Source of the DNA: Peptococcia bacterium
GTDB lineage: Bacteria > Bacillota > Peptococcia > DRI-13 > DTU073
Length of the DNA: 64,000 bases
Direction of reading: 5' to 3'
NCBI GenBank assembly: GCA_050951565.1
Contig: JBMNJH010000012.1
Coordinates: 63,141-127,140, forward strand
Shown: positions 18,984 through 30,331 of the stretch, in pieces
Numbering within the stretch: position 1 is the stretch's first letter
How the letters are laid out: each line of letters opens with the position of its first letter
The notes under the pieces: generated by a model
Told to the model about the DNA's origin: nothing
What the model saw: the letters and a program-made list of their open reading frames with translations, nothing else
The model's database searches: none
Translations under genes and position numbers: made by a program

Positions 18984-19799
18984 ATGTCAAAAAATAGTGG
19001 TGTAAAAGGTTTGGTGATTATTTTAGTCGTGGCGGTGCTGCTAGCGGGGGGCTGGTTTGTTTACAAAGCCTACAAGGCGGATCCGGCCGTTGAAGAGAAT
19101 CTCCCGGGAGCCGACCAGCCGGCCGTTGGCCAGGATGTTTTAACGGGTGAAGCTAATGGGTCAAATGTAGTGGATGTATCCCCTAGTACCGTGGGGCTCC
19201 CGGAAGGAATCGACCTTAATACGGCTGATTTTCCTAACGTGGAGAAAGAGTATCTCCTGGCCGATGGGAGCAAATTGTTGTATAAAGCAGGCGAGTATGA
19301 ACAACACGTCATCACCATTTCATCCGGAGGGGAAGAAAAAATAATTAATCGTTACCCTTCCTGCTCGCAGCCGGTGGTGTCTCCGGACGGCACCAGATTT
19401 GCCTATATCGATGTCCTGGAGTGGGAAGAATTAGGAGAAGTATACCTGTATGATGTGGAAACAGGGACCCAGGAATTAATCATGAAAAGAAACAAAGATT
19501 TTGAAAGCCAACATACCCCCAAGGATCTGGTTTGGCTGGACGATAACCACCTGTTGGCCGTCATTGGGTTTGCTTATGGAACGGTGAGCGTGGGAGGTAA
19601 TCTGTACGTTTACGACCTTCAAAAACAAGAAACCAGGTTAGCCTTGGAGGCCGGAGAGCGGGAAGAAATCACCAGTGTAAAAGTGGCTCCGGACAAGGTC
19701 ATCGTACACTATGTAGAGTTTGACGAGGAATATAATCATACCACTGATGTAAAGAAAGAATTCTCCAGGGCGGGTTTCTTAGAGCTTGTTGAAAAATAG
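18984..19799 (+). CDS. membrane-anchored hypothetical protein with PD40-like repeat signatures
   Basis: N-terminal TM helix (GLVIILVVAVLLAGGWFVY) and VSPDGTRFAYID...VYLYDVETG. Confidence 0.55.
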   Translation: MSKNSGVKGLVIILVVAVLLAGGWFVYKAYKADPAVEENLPGADQPAVGQDVLTGEANGSNVVDVSPSTVGLPEGIDLNTADFPNVEKEYLLADGSKLLYKAGEYEQHVITISSGGEEKIINRYPSCSQPVVSPDGTRFAYIDVLEWEELGEVYLYDVETGTQELIMKRNKDFESQHTPKDLVWLDDNHLLAVIGFAYGTVSVGGNLYVYDLQKQETRLALEAGEREEITSVKVAPDKVIVHYVEFDEEYNHTTDVKKEFSRAGFLELVEK

Positions 19800-19810
19800 C
19801 CTTCGCCCAC

Positions 19811-20683
19811 CTAAACATTCCCCATGAAAACATATTTCAAATGTTGCCGCGCCAGTTCGGCCAGTTCCATCATCCGCTGACGGCTGATGGGCGCCGGCTC
19901 GTTCATCTGGTAATCCGGATGGTGCCTCGACAGGTGCAGAGGGATGTCTGCGGAAAGGGAAGCCAGCCATCGGGCAAGCATGCCAACTTCTTCTTCGCTA
20001 TCATTGAAACCCGGAATCAGCAGGGTGGTTACTTCCACATGGCAGGCCGGCGCGCAGAGGGCAATAGTCTCCCGGACATGCTTGATGCGCCCTTTGCACA
20101 TCTTTTGGTAGAAGTCATCGGAGAAGGCTTTTAAATCAATATTGATGGCATCCAGATAGGGGAGCAGCTCTTGGAGCGGCTCCCTATTAATATAGCCGTT
20201 GGTCACCATGACGTTTTTCAGCCCCTTTTGGTGAGCCAGCCTGGCACAGTCGTAAACGAATTCATACCAGATGGAAGGCTCGTTGTAGGTGTATGCCAGA
20301 CCGATGTTCCCCAGTTTGACAGTGTCCTCGGCGGCTTTCACCAACTGTTCCGGGCTAAAGCGTTTCGCCGGGGGCTGCTCCTGGGAGAGGTGCCAGTTCT
20401 GGCAGAAGGAGCATTTCAGGTTGCAGCCGAAGCTGCCGGCGGAGAGGATGAGGCTCCCCGGATGAAAGCGCTTTAAAGGTTTCTTCTCAATGGGATCAAG
20501 GGCCAGGGCCGTGACCTGACCGTAATTCAGGGAAACGAGCTTTCCGCCCACATTCTGCCGGGCCAAACAGAGCCCGGTTTGCTCGGGGTTAAGGGCGCAG
20601 CCATGGGGACAGAGCAGGCATTTCACCTTGCTGTCGCCGGTTTTTTCGTAATAGCGGGCCGGGGCCAAGAAGGGCTGGGCCAT
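19811..20683 (-). CDS. AmmeMemoRadiSam system radical SAM enzyme
   Basis: N-terminal CLLCPHGC..GLC cluster plus the radical-SAM CNLKCSFCQNW motif, next to an AMMECR1 gene. Confidence 0.85.
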   Translation of the reverse strand: MAQPFLAPARYYEKTGDSKVKCLLCPHGCALNPEQTGLCLARQNVGGKLVSLNYGQVTALALDPIEKKPLKRFHPGSLILSAGSFGCNLKCSFCQNWHLSQEQPPAKRFSPEQLVKAAEDTVKLGNIGLAYTYNEPSIWYEFVYDCARLAHQKGLKNVMVTNGYINREPLQELLPYLDAINIDLKAFSDDFYQKMCKGRIKHVRETIALCAPACHVEVTTLLIPGFNDSEEEVGMLARWLASLSADIPLHLSRHHPDYQMNEPAPISRQRMMELAELARQHLKYVFMGNV

Positions 20684-20760
20684 ATCGGAATCACCCCACT
20701 AGATTTAAGTCGATAGTTTATGCCGGTAATGCTTTTACCGGGGTATTTGCCTAGTTACGG

Positions 20761-22272
20761 TTATTTAAAGCGGGTTACGGTGAATTTGGCGATGGCATAG
20801 GTGTCGTGAGGATCAATCCCTGCTTTTTGGCAGGCAATCGCTAGTTGTTCTTCCACCGTATCGACTCCTTCCAAATCAGGGAGCAATAACCCCCGGCGCC
20901 ATCCTTGGCTGACGATGACGCCGTATTTTTTCGGGTCAAGCTCGGCCTTGCTTTGGACCGGAATCGGACTGTCCAAAACATCCACGCTGTATTCCAAAAA
21001 GGGCAGCTCGTCAGGGGTAACGGGGGTAAAGCGAGGGTCCTTTGTTCCTGCACTAATGGCATTCTGCCTGATTTCTTCGGCAATGCTGGAGGTGGTAGGC
21101 TCCGTAGTACCGATACAACCCCGCAGTTCGCCGAATTTTTTTAAGGAGACGAAAACCCCGGCCTTTTCCGTCCACAGGTCGAAAGAAGCGGTTTCGTTTT
21201 CCTTTTGCTGCCCATTGTTATGGTTAATGTCCGTCTGATGGAGAGACGTTTTCAACTGTTGCAGGTCGATGATTTGCTTGTTCAGCACGTATTCTTCCAG
21301 GGTTTTTTGAGCGATTTGAACCGGAAGGCTGCCGGCTTCCCGTTCTTTGGCCAGCATATTCCTTATCTTGGCCAGCGGATCATCGGCCGTTTGGTCCGTT
21401 GGTTGGGGCAAGAACTGAGCCACGCCATAGCCGATGCCGAAGGGCGCTTCGTAGGATAAAACCTCGGTCCGGGGATTTAAGCCTTCAAAGGCACCGCAAA
21501 GCACAATCAGGGAGCGGTAGCCACATTCCGCCGCTTCTTCCCTTAAGTGATGGTTAATCGTGAGTAAAGCAGAAAGATCCCCTTGTTTTAGGTGTTCGAT
21601 CAGTTGTTGGTCAAAGGCGGCTCCTTCCGGGCAGGCGCCATAGGGGCTTTCTTCGTTGACCCGGTGGGATAAATCGCCACTGGCCACCAGCACAATTCTT
21701 TTGTGTAGCTTTTCCGCCGCTTGACGGATGATTTGGCCCAACTGATAAAGGCGCTGCAAGTCCAAAGCGGAAGGGGCCATAGCCACCAGTTGGAATTGGT
21801 TGTAGCGGGAGCTCAGGTAATACAAGGGGACGAAGGCGCCGTGGTCCAACGTGTTTTCCAGCCCGTGCCGCCGCATGGTCGCCTCATCCAGCCTGCCCCC
21901 GGGAAGACCGGCTGCTTCCATCAGTCCCTCGATTTCCGTGATCAAAGCAGTGTCTTGCGGGAAGGAAAGCTGGCAGTCGGCCCGGAACTGGCGCAAGTCC
22001 CCTTCCAACACCGGACTGTTATAAATGAAGATAAAGTCGCGAAACATGGGGGCATGGGGGGAAAGCAGAACCACCGTGTCGGGCTCGAGTTCGCGGATTT
22101 TTTCGGCTACCTTCTTAAGCGCGGCGATTGTTTGCGCCGCGGCTTTTTCCTGGCCTTTGCCTACTTCCGGGACAATGACCGGGGGATGAGGAAGGAGAAA
22201 ACCGGCACCAAGAAAGTTCTTCCCGCGGGAAGGCCGTCTGTTCGCCACGGGCGACAGTTTCCTGTAGTTCAT
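20761..22272 (-). CDS. fusion protein: LigB/Memo-superfamily (class III extradiol dioxygenase-like) N-domain plus AMMECR1 C-domain (AmmeMemoRadiSam proteins B-like and A)
   Basis: N-terminus [25 protein letters not shown]-terminus LRGCIGT...KDPRF, the AMMECR1 signature. Confidence 0.8.
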   Translation of the reverse strand: MNYRKLSPVANRRPSRGKNFLGAGFLLPHPPVIVPEVGKGQEKAAAQTIAALKKVAEKIRELEPDTVVLLSPHAPMFRDFIFIYNSPVLEGDLRQFRADCQLSFPQDTALITEIEGLMEAAGLPGGRLDEATMRRHGLENTLDHGAFVPLYYLSSRYNQFQLVAMAPSALDLQRLYQLGQIIRQAAEKLHKRIVLVASGDLSHRVNEESPYGACPEGAAFDQQLIEHLKQGDLSALLTINHHLREEAAECGYRSLIVLCGAFEGLNPRTEVLSYEAPFGIGYGVAQFLPQPTDQTADDPLAKIRNMLAKEREAGSLPVQIAQKTLEEYVLNKQIIDLQQLKTSLHQTDINHNNGQQKENETASFDLWTEKAGVFVSLKKFGELRGCIGTTEPTTSSIAEEIRQNAISAGTKDPRFTPVTPDELPFLEYSVDVLDSPIPVQSKAELDPKKYGVIVSQGWRRGLLLPDLEGVDTVEEQLAIACQKAGIDPHDTYAIAKFTVTRFK

Positions 22273-22476
22273 TAAAAAACACCGTCCTTTTTGCCGATGG
22301 GCAAGCTCGCACTTGACGTTTTCGTCCCAGGTCCACTTGCACTGTTTTGGTATTAGTCATATTATATCCTAAAGCACATCTTCCGTAAAATTTCCCTATT
22401 GAGAATATTTGCGCTATAATATAATTTGTGTTATTATGATTTGATAGTTTGGAGGGTCAAAAATGGGGTGAGCAAA

Positions 22477-23631
22477 ATGGAACAGGATTATGATAAGGAA
22501 AGCATCAATTTGCACGATACCGACCTACGGGAACGGTATGGAAAAATCAGCAGCTTTGTGGGCATTTTCGTCAATGTCTTCCTGTTTGCGATTAAGCTGT
22601 TTGTCGGCCGGCTTTTTCATAGCGTGGCCGTTACGGCGGATGCGGTAAACAATCTTTCGGACGCCGGCTCCTCCGTTATTTCCCTCGTGAGTTTTAAATT
22701 GGCGGGCATGCCGGCCGATAAGGAGCATCCCTTTGGGCATGAACGAATCGAATACCTGGCTTCCAGCGTCGTCGGGTTTTTGATTATTTTGCTGGGCGTT
22801 GAATTGTTAAAGACCTCCTTTGAAAAAATCCTGCATCCCGACGAGATCGTATTCAGTATGTTGACCGTCGGCGTTTTGTTGTTTTCCATTGTAGTTAAAT
22901 TCTTTCTGTATTTCTTCAACATGCGCTTGGGTAAACGCTTTAATTCGTCAGTAATGAAGGCGACGGCCGTGGATAGTCTCTCTGATGTACTGGCGACTTC
23001 TTCCGTCTTGCTTTCCACGGTGGTCAGTCCCTTGATTGGCTTGCAGTTGGACGGCTATATGGGTGTTGCCGTTTCCATCTTGATTATGATTTCCGGTATT
23101 AATATCTTAAGAGAAATGTTGGATACGCTCTTAGGAGAAAAGCCTGCCGCTGAACTGGTCGAGCGGATCGAGAATGCAATCAAGAAATATGATGGGGTGC
23201 TCGGGGTCCATGATTTGGTTATCCACAGCTACGGGCCACGGCGTTTCTTTGCCACTGCCCATGTGGAGGTCGACGCGAAAAATGATGTTTTAGCCAGTCA
23301 TGATTTAATTGATAATATCGAGCGGGAAGTGGAGGAGCAGTTGAACATTCACCTGGTCCTGCACATGGATCCCTTGACGATGGATGACCCTGATGTGAAC
23401 AGGTGGCGGGAAATGACGAAAGAAATCGTGGCCGAAGTAAATGAGTCTTTATCCATGCACGATTTTCGGGTGGTGAAAGGGGTTACCCATACTAATTTGA
23501 TCTTTGACGTGGTGGTTCCATACCAGTGTCAGAAGAACGATCGGCAGGTGATTGAGGAGATCACGCAAAAAATTCAGGCCCAAGGAGAAAACCTTTTCCC
23601 GGTAATTACCATTGACCGCTCCTATGTGTAA
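22477..23631 (+). CDS. cation diffusion facilitator (CDF) family transporter
   Basis: Six TM helices, HSVAVTADAVNNLSD and ATAVDSLSDV metal-site motifs, and a cytoplasmic C-domain. The start is uncertain (ATG 22477 or GTG 22468). Confidence 0.85.
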   Translation: MEQDYDKESINLHDTDLRERYGKISSFVGIFVNVFLFAIKLFVGRLFHSVAVTADAVNNLSDAGSSVISLVSFKLAGMPADKEHPFGHERIEYLASSVVGFLIILLGVELLKTSFEKILHPDEIVFSMLTVGVLLFSIVVKFFLYFFNMRLGKRFNSSVMKATAVDSLSDVLATSSVLLSTVVSPLIGLQLDGYMGVAVSILIMISGINILREMLDTLLGEKPAAELVERIENAIKKYDGVLGVHDLVIHSYGPRRFFATAHVEVDAKNDVLASHDLIDNIEREVEEQLNIHLVLHMDPLTMDDPDVNRWREMTKEIVAEVNESLSMHDFRVVKGVTHTNLIFDVVVPYQCQKNDRQVIEEITQKIQAQGENLFPVITIDRSYV

Positions 23632-23837
23632 GGACTCGGAAGATGCCAACAAGTTGAGGAAGGCAGGTTTGTCAGACAAGTTGAGGAAAAACTATTGTCT
23701 ACGGATGGTTAAAATGATATCCTATACTTTAGAGTATGTTTTGATGAGTTAAAGGGGAGTAACAACCGGAACCGGAGATAAAGTCAACAACCGGCGGATG
23801 GAGAACCCGCCTGGCTTTATCCTTTGCTTTGTCAAAG

Positions 23838-23896
23838 TTGTAAGACCTTTAGCATGGTTTTATCATCTATTGATAAAATTTTGTTTAAGGTCTTTT
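23838..23896 (+). terminator. candidate long hairpin plus T-run: either the CDF gene terminator or a leader attenuator for the P-type ATPase
   Basis: aagacc...ggtctttttt with an inner perfect stem ttttatca-tctat-tgataaaa. Confidence 0.35.
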
Positions 23897-24061
23897 TTGT
23901 CGGGCTTTTTAGGGAGGAGGGATAAAATATTAAAGAATAAGGCAGAAAAAAATATGATAAGATGAATGAGACCAGGCAAACAGGTTTAAGAAGATTTTTT
24001 GAGATAAAAGGATTAAGCTGCAAAGATGGTGGTTAGCTTGAGGAAGGGAGAATGATTGTTC

Positions 24062-26734
24062 ATGTGGTTTGCCAAAACAAAGGAAGAAGTTATCGAAGAA
24101 CTGCAGGTTAATGCAAGCAGCGGGTTAACATCAGCAGAGGTGGAAACCAGGCAGGCGCAATACGGGAAGAACAAACTGCGGGAAAAGCCCAAGAAAAGCC
24201 TTTTCGCGTTGTTTTTAGGCCAGTTGCAGGATATGTTGATTTATGTTCTGCTCGGTGCGGCCGTAATTACCGTATTAATTCGCGAGTACGTTGATGCCAT
24301 CATCATTTTGTTGGTGGTGCTTTTAAATGCCACCATCGGAGTTATTCAGGAATACAAGGCGGAAAAGGCGATTGAAGCGCTGAAGCAACTAACCAGCCCC
24401 AAATCAATCGTCCGGCGTGACGGCGAGGTGCTGGAAATCGATTCGGTGGAGATTGTCCCTGGTGATATCATTCTCCTGGATGCGGGCCGCTTTGTTCCGG
24501 CAGATTTAAGACTGATCGAAAGTGTGAATCTGCAGATTGACGAATCTGCCCTCACCGGTGAGTCGGTGCCGGTGGAGAAGAATGCCGGGGACGTGCATGA
24601 GGATGAAAAAACGCCCCTGGGCGATCGTACCAACATGGCCTTCATGTCCACCCTGGTTACCTACGGCCGCGGCGAAGGTGTGGTGGTAGGAACGGGGATG
24701 AATACGGAAATCGGGAAAATCGCCAAAATCCTGGATGAGGGCGGGGAAGAATTGACGCCTTTACAGAAAAGGTTGGAGGAGTTGGGCAAGGTCCTCGGTT
24801 ATGGGGCGCTGGGGATCTGTGTCCTGATGTTTGGCATCGCTCTTCTGCAGAATCGGGATTTATTCGAGATGTTCCTCACGGCGATCAGCCTGGCGGTGGC
24901 GGCGATTCCGGAAGGGCTGCCGGCCATTGTGGCCATTGTGCTGGCCCTGGGCGTTACCCGGATGTCCAAGGTCAACGCCATTGTGAAAAGGCTTCCTGCC
25001 GTGGAGACTTTAGGGTCGGTAAATGTCATCTGCTCCGATAAAACCGGTACCCTGACCCAGAATAAGATGACGGTGGTACAGTTCTATACATATGGTAAGT
25101 TGCAGGAAGTACCTGGTGAGGGAAGCGGCTTTCAAGCCGGGCCGGATGCCCAGGCCTTGATGAAAGCTATGGTGCTGTGTTCGGATGCCATTTACGAACA
25201 TGGGCAAAGCACCGGCGATCCCACTGAGGTGGCCCTGGTGGTGCTTGGGGAGCGTTATAACCTCGTCCGGAACAAGTTGCACACGGAGCACCGGAGGGTG
25301 GGCGAAAAGCCTTTCGATTCCGACCGCAAACTGATGTCTACGTTAAATGAGGTAAAAACAGAACAGGGCAGCCAAGGTTTTCGGGTGCATACCAAAGGCG
25401 CTCTGGACAATCTGTTAAAAATCTGTACCAAAGTTTTGGTAAACGGGCAGGCTGTTCCTTTAACGGAAGAAATCAAGGCGGAGTTCTTAAAGGTGGCCGA
25501 AGAAATGTCCGACCGTGCCCTGCGGGTATTGGGGGCAGCCTTTAAAGATACGGACAAATTACTGGAACCGGAAACGATGGAAACTGAGCTTACCCTCATC
25601 GGTATGGTGGGAATGATTGATCCGCCCCGTGTAGAAGTGAAAGCTTCTATTGCGGAGGCGCAAAAAGCCGGGATTATCACCGTTATGATTACCGGTGACC
25701 ATAAAAACACGGCTGTGGCCATTGCGAAAGAATTGGGGATTGCTGATTCGATCGAACAAAGTATTACCGGGGCCGAGCTTGATGAGTTTTCCGATGAGGA
25801 ATTTGGGCAAAAGGTGAATCAGTACCGGGTTTTTGCCAGGGTATCCCCTGAGCATAAGGTGAAAATTGTCAAAGCCTTCAAGGCCCAGGGAAAGATAGTC
25901 TCGATGACCGGGGACGGGGTGAACGATGCACCGTCGTTGAAAATCGCCGATATTGGCGTGGCCATGGGCATTACCGGGACGGATGTGTCCAAGGGCGCCA
26001 GCGACATGATTCTAACGGATGACAATTATACGACCATTGTCAACGCCATCAGGGAAGGGCGGAACATTTACAGCAACATCAAAAAAGCCGTGGTTTTTCT
26101 GCTTTCCTGCAATTTAGGCGAGATTGTCACCGTGTTTTTGTCCGTTTTGTTCTTTTGGCCGATTCCCTTATTGCCGACCCAGATCTTGTGGATCAATTTG
26201 ATTACCGATAGCCTTCCGGCCATTGCGCTGGGCGTTGATCCCGGCGACAAAGATGTAATGAAGAAAAAACCCCGGAATCCGAAGGAGAGCTTTTTTGCCA
26301 GAGGCGCCGGAGTCCGGGTGGTTTTAGGCGGCACTCTCATCGGGGCCTTTACCTTGGCGGCCTTCTACTTTGGCCTGCATGAATATGGTTACGGCCTGAC
26401 TTCCGCCCATATTTCCGACGAAGCGTTGACCTATGCCCGGACTATGGCTTTTGTGGTGTTGGCCGCATCGCAGCTCTTTATGTCTCTGAGCATGCGCAGT
26501 TTCAGCAAGCGGATTTTTCAACTGGGCTTGTTTACCAATATGAAACTCATCGGGGCGATTATCGTCGGCTTTGTCTTGCAATTGAGCGTCATTTCCATTC
26601 CTGTGCTGGCCGATGCCTTTAAAGTAAAGATGCTTTCCTTATATGACTGGGGGCTGGTCTTACTTTTTGCCTTGGTGCCCTTTATGATGAATGAATTGCT
26701 AAAGAGCGTTGGAAAAAAAGCAGAGCATTACTAA
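24062..26734 (+). CDS. calcium-translocating P-type ATPase (P2A, SERCA/YloB-like)
   Basis: CSDKTGTLTQNKM, TGDHKNTA and MTGDGVNDAPSLK, with 10 TM helices. ATG 24062 is preferred; the track gives TTG 24056. Confidence 0.92.
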   Translation: MWFAKTKEEVIEELQVNASSGLTSAEVETRQAQYGKNKLREKPKKSLFALFLGQLQDMLIYVLLGAAVITVLIREYVDAIIILLVVLLNATIGVIQEYKAEKAIEALKQLTSPKSIVRRDGEVLEIDSVEIVPGDIILLDAGRFVPADLRLIESVNLQIDESALTGESVPVEKNAGDVHEDEKTPLGDRTNMAFMSTLVTYGRGEGVVVGTGMNTEIGKIAKILDEGGEELTPLQKRLEELGKVLGYGALGICVLMFGIALLQNRDLFEMFLTAISLAVAAIPEGLPAIVAIVLALGVTRMSKVNAIVKRLPAVETLGSVNVICSDKTGTLTQNKMTVVQFYTYGKLQEVPGEGSGFQAGPDAQALMKAMVLCSDAIYEHGQSTGDPTEVALVVLGERYNLVRNKLHTEHRRVGEKPFDSDRKLMSTLNEVKTEQGSQGFRVHTKGALDNLLKICTKVLVNGQAVPLTEEIKAEFLKVAEEMSDRALRVLGAAFKDTDKLLEPETMETELTLIGMVGMIDPPRVEVKASIAEAQKAGIITVMITGDHKNTAVAIAKELGIADSIEQSITGAELDEFSDEEFGQKVNQYRVFARVSPEHKVKIVKAFKAQGKIVSMTGDGVNDAPSLKIADIGVAMGITGTDVSKGASDMILTDDNYTTIVNAIREGRNIYSNIKKAVVFLLSCNLGEIVTVFLSVLFFWPIPLLPTQILWINLITDSLPAIALGVDPGDKDVMKKKPRNPKESFFARGAGVRVVLGGTLIGAFTLAAFYFGLHEYGYGLTSAHISDEALTYARTMAFVVLAASQLFMSLSMRSFSKRIFQLGLFTNMKLIGAIIVGFVLQLSVISIPVLADAFKVKMLSLYDWGLVLLFALVPFMMNELLKSVGKKAEHY

Positions 26735-26785
26735 AAATGCTCATGCGCAAGGAACAAAAGGAACTGTCGCAAGGAGGAGATTGTG

Positions 26786-28681
26786 ATGGCATTGAAACGC
26801 TTTAAAGCAGAGTCTAAAAGATTGCTGGATTTAATGATTAATTCCATTTACACCCATAAGGAGATTTTTTTAAGGGAACTGCTATCCAATGCCAGTGACG
26901 CCATTGATAAGCTCTATTACAAGTCCTTAACGGACGGCTCAATGCAGGTTGACCCCCAAAGCTGTTACATCAAAATAAGCTTTGACAAGGACAGCCGGAC
27001 CTTGAAGGTTGTTGATACGGGGATTGGCATGACCAAAGAGGAACTGGAAGGAAATTTGGGGGTCATTGCCCAAAGCGGCTCGTTGGCTTTTAAGAAGGAA
27101 CACGAAATTAAAGACGGCTATGAACTGATCGGGCAGTTCGGGGTCGGGTTTTATTCGGCCTTTATGGTGGCGGATACCGTGACGGTAATCAGCAAGGCCT
27201 TAGACAGCGATCAGGCTTATCGTTGGGAATCCCAAGGGGTCGAAGGCTATACCATTGAGCCCTGTGCAAAAGAGCAATTTGGCACGGAAGTAATTTTGAA
27301 GATTAAAGAAAACACGGATGAGGAGAATTATGACGACTATTTGAACGAATTTACCCTGCGGGCCCTGATCAAGAAATACTCTGATTTTATCCGTTATCCG
27401 ATCAAAATGGACGTCACCAAGACCCGACCCAAGAAGAAAGAGGACGGCTCGGAGGAGAGCGTGGAGTTTTACCAGGAAGAAGAGATCATTAACAGCATGA
27501 TCCCCATCTGGAAAAAGAACAAAAACGAGCTTAAGCCGGAGGATTATGAGAACTTTTATGCGGAGAAGCATTTCGGTTTCGACAAACCGCTGAAATACGC
27601 CCATATTAACGCGGAAGGAACGATCAGCTACCGGGCGATCCTCTATATCCCGGAAAAAATGCCCTATGCTTTCTATACCAAGGAATATGAGAAGGGCTTG
27701 GAGCTATACTCCAACGGTGTCTTAATCATGAACAAGTGTGCCGAACTGGTGCCGGATTATTTCAGCTTTGTCAAGGGAGTCGTCGATTCGGAGGATTTGT
27801 CGTTAAACATCTCCCGGGAAATGCTGCAGCATGACCGGCAGCTCAAGGTCATCGCCAAAAACATTAAGTCCAAAATCAAGGGCATGCTGGAAGAATTACT
27901 GAAAACCGAGCGGGAGAAGTATGAGCAATTCTTTAAGCTTTTCGGGCGGCAGCTCAAGTACGGCCTGTACAGTGATTATGGCGCCCATAAAGATGTTTTG
28001 CAGGATTTGTTGATGTTCTATTCTTCCAAGGAAAAGAAGATGGTGACCTTAGCTGAATACGTGGCCCGGATGCCCGAAGAACAAAAGTATATTTATTACG
28101 CGGTGGGTGCTTCGGTGGAAAGACTGGAGAAGCTCCCGCAAACGGAACTTGTGGCAGACAAGGGCTATGAAATCCTTTATTTTACCGACGACGTCGATGA
28201 ATTTGCCATCAAGATGCTGGGAAGTTTTCAAGGGAAAGAGTTTAAATCGGTTTCCGGCAGTGATTTAGGGCTGGAAAAAGACGAAAAAGAAGCGGCGGAC
28301 AAGCAAGCGAAACAGGAAGATTACAAGGAAATTTTCGAGCAGATGACGAAACTCCTTGAAGGAAAAGTCACCTCCGTGCAAGCTTCCGAGCGCTTGAAAA
28401 GCCATCCGGTTTGCCTTTCCAGCGGGGGCGAGCTGACCATCGAGATGGAGAAGGTCTTGAACGCCATGCCCTATAACAACCAGAAGGTTAAGGCGGACAA
28501 AATCCTGGAAATCAACGTGCAGCACGAGGTTTTCCAAGCACTCCAGGAAGCCTTTAAAAACGACCAGGAGAAATTTAAGCTGTACACGGATCTGTTGTAT
28601 AATCAAGCCTTGCTGATTGAAGGACTGCCCATTGAGGACCCGGTCCAGTTTACGAATAACATCTGTAAGATGATGAAATGA
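26786..28681 (+). CDS. htpG: molecular chaperone HtpG (Hsp90)
   Basis: [30 protein letters not shown]. About 630 aa. Confidence 0.95.
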   Translation: MALKRFKAESKRLLDLMINSIYTHKEIFLRELLSNASDAIDKLYYKSLTDGSMQVDPQSCYIKISFDKDSRTLKVVDTGIGMTKEELEGNLGVIAQSGSLAFKKEHEIKDGYELIGQFGVGFYSAFMVADTVTVISKALDSDQAYRWESQGVEGYTIEPCAKEQFGTEVILKIKENTDEENYDDYLNEFTLRALIKKYSDFIRYPIKMDVTKTRPKKKEDGSEESVEFYQEEEIINSMIPIWKKNKNELKPEDYENFYAEKHFGFDKPLKYAHINAEGTISYRAILYIPEKMPYAFYTKEYEKGLELYSNGVLIMNKCAELVPDYFSFVKGVVDSEDLSLNISREMLQHDRQLKVIAKNIKSKIKGMLEELLKTEREKYEQFFKLFGRQLKYGLYSDYGAHKDVLQDLLMFYSSKEKKMVTLAEYVARMPEEQKYIYYAVGASVERLEKLPQTELVADKGYEILYFTDDVDEFAIKMLGSFQGKEFKSVSGSDLGLEKDEKEAADKQAKQEDYKEIFEQMTKLLEGKVTSVQASERLKSHPVCLSSGGELTIEMEKVLNAMPYNNQKVKADKILEINVQHEVFQALQEAFKNDQEKFKLYTDLLYNQALLIEGLPIEDPVQFTNNICKMMK

Positions 28682-28703
28682 AGAAATGAAATGAGGTCCC
28701 AAA

Positions 28704-30326
28704 ATGATTTACATTTTTGGTCATAAAAACCCGGATACGGATTCTGTCGCCGCGGCCATCGCTTTGGCCGATTTTAAGAACAAAACCGGCGTCGAGGCAG
28801 AGGCAAGGGTTTTAGGACCGCTCAATAAGGAAACCCAATATGTTTTGGATTACTTCGGGACTGTCGCGCCCAAACTCATCGAGGACGTGAAGCCCAGGCT
28901 GAAGGACCTTAATTATGACAGGGTGGCCAGCATCGGCCCGCGCCAGTCGCTGCTTTCCGCGTATAAAATCATGGAAAAAAACAATATCAAAACCTTGCCC
29001 ATTGTGGATGAGGATAACCTGCTGATGGGTATCGTAACCATGAAGGATATTGCCATGTGGTTGATTAAGGGCGACTTTTATTACCTGCGCAGCACCATTG
29101 CCAATATTGCCGAGGATTTGGAAGGCAGGCTGCTTGCCGGCAATGCAGCCGCGGAGGTGGAGGGGCAGATTTCTGTCATCTCCTATTATTACGATACGGT
29201 GGTCAGGGAAAGAATTATCAGGAAAGACAGCATTGTGATTGTGGGCGACCGTTATGAGATCATCGATTATTCCATTGAGAGCGGTGTAAAATTGCTCATA
29301 GTCACCGGTGGAAAGGAGATTCCCGTCAAATACCTGGAGAAGGCCCGGGAAAGGCAAGTCCCGGTTTTGTTGGTGCCGAAAAACACCTATGCCGCTGCCA
29401 AACAGTTAAATCATTGCAATTATGTCTCCATCATCATGAAGACGAAAGACCTGGTCAAATTTACGGAGAATGAAGATTTAGCCGAGGTCAAAGAGGAGTT
29501 GCTCATCCACCGGCACTCCAATTATCCGGTGGTCACCGAAAACAACGAATACCTGGGTTTTGTCGGCCGAAGACATCTTTTAAACCCCAACCGGAAAAAA
29601 GTAATTCTGGTGGACCACAATGAATATGCTCAAAGTGTGAAGGGCTTAGCCCTAGCGGAAATAGTCGAGGTGGTCGACCATCATAAGATTGGTGATGTCA
29701 GCACCTCCAGTCCGATTATCTTCCGGAACCTGCCGGTGGGCAGTACTTGCACCATTGTTTTCAAGCTGTTTAAGGAAGAAAAGGTTCCCTTGACGCGGCC
29801 GATAGCGGGCTTGCTTTTGGCCGGGATTCTTTCGGACACTTTGTCTTTGCAATCCCCCACGACCACGGCTTTAGACCGGGAAGCGGTGCAGGAATTGCAA
29901 AAAATTGCGCAAGTAGATTGGCAGACCTTTGCTCTGGAGATGTTTAAAGCGGGCACCTCTTTGGAAGGGCAAAACATTGCGGAGATTTTCTATAAGGATT
30001 TCAAGGAGTTCGGCGTGAAGAACAGAAAAGTTGGTATCGGGCAGGTTTTCACGCTGGACATGGAGAATATTTTTAATCGCCAGGCGGAGTTTTTGGACTT
30101 TATCGCCCAGATCCATCAACAAAAGGACTATTTACTGACCTTGCTCCTGGTCACGGATATTTTGCGCAAGGGCTCCTATCTCTTTTACAAGTGCAACAAC
30201 GGGCGACTTTTGGCGAATACTTTTAATAAGGAAGTGGAGCAAGGCGTTTTTATCGAAGGGGTAGTATCGAGGAAAAAACAAGTTATCCCGCAAGTGATCG
30301 AAGCGCTGAATAATCTGGAGATGTAG
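28704..30326 (+). CDS. CBS-domain-containing family II (DHH) inorganic pyrophosphatase
   Basis: GHKNPDTDS, a CBS pair, a DRTGG-like insert, VDHNE..VVDHHKIGD, and a DHHA2 C-terminus. Confidence 0.85.
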   Translation: MIYIFGHKNPDTDSVAAAIALADFKNKTGVEAEARVLGPLNKETQYVLDYFGTVAPKLIEDVKPRLKDLNYDRVASIGPRQSLLSAYKIMEKNNIKTLPIVDEDNLLMGIVTMKDIAMWLIKGDFYYLRSTIANIAEDLEGRLLAGNAAAEVEGQISVISYYYDTVVRERIIRKDSIVIVGDRYEIIDYSIESGVKLLIVTGGKEIPVKYLEKARERQVPVLLVPKNTYAAAKQLNHCNYVSIIMKTKDLVKFTENEDLAEVKEELLIHRHSNYPVVTENNEYLGFVGRRHLLNPNRKKVILVDHNEYAQSVKGLALAEIVEVVDHHKIGDVSTSSPIIFRNLPVGSTCTIVFKLFKEEKVPLTRPIAGLLLAGILSDTLSLQSPTTTALDREAVQELQKIAQVDWQTFALEMFKAGTSLEGQNIAEIFYKDFKEFGVKNRKVGIGQVFTLDMENIFNRQAEFLDFIAQIHQQKDYLLTLLLVTDILRKGSYLFYKCNNGRLLANTFNKEVEQGVFIEGVVSRKKQVIPQVIEALNNLEM

Positions 30327-30331
30327 CGGGG

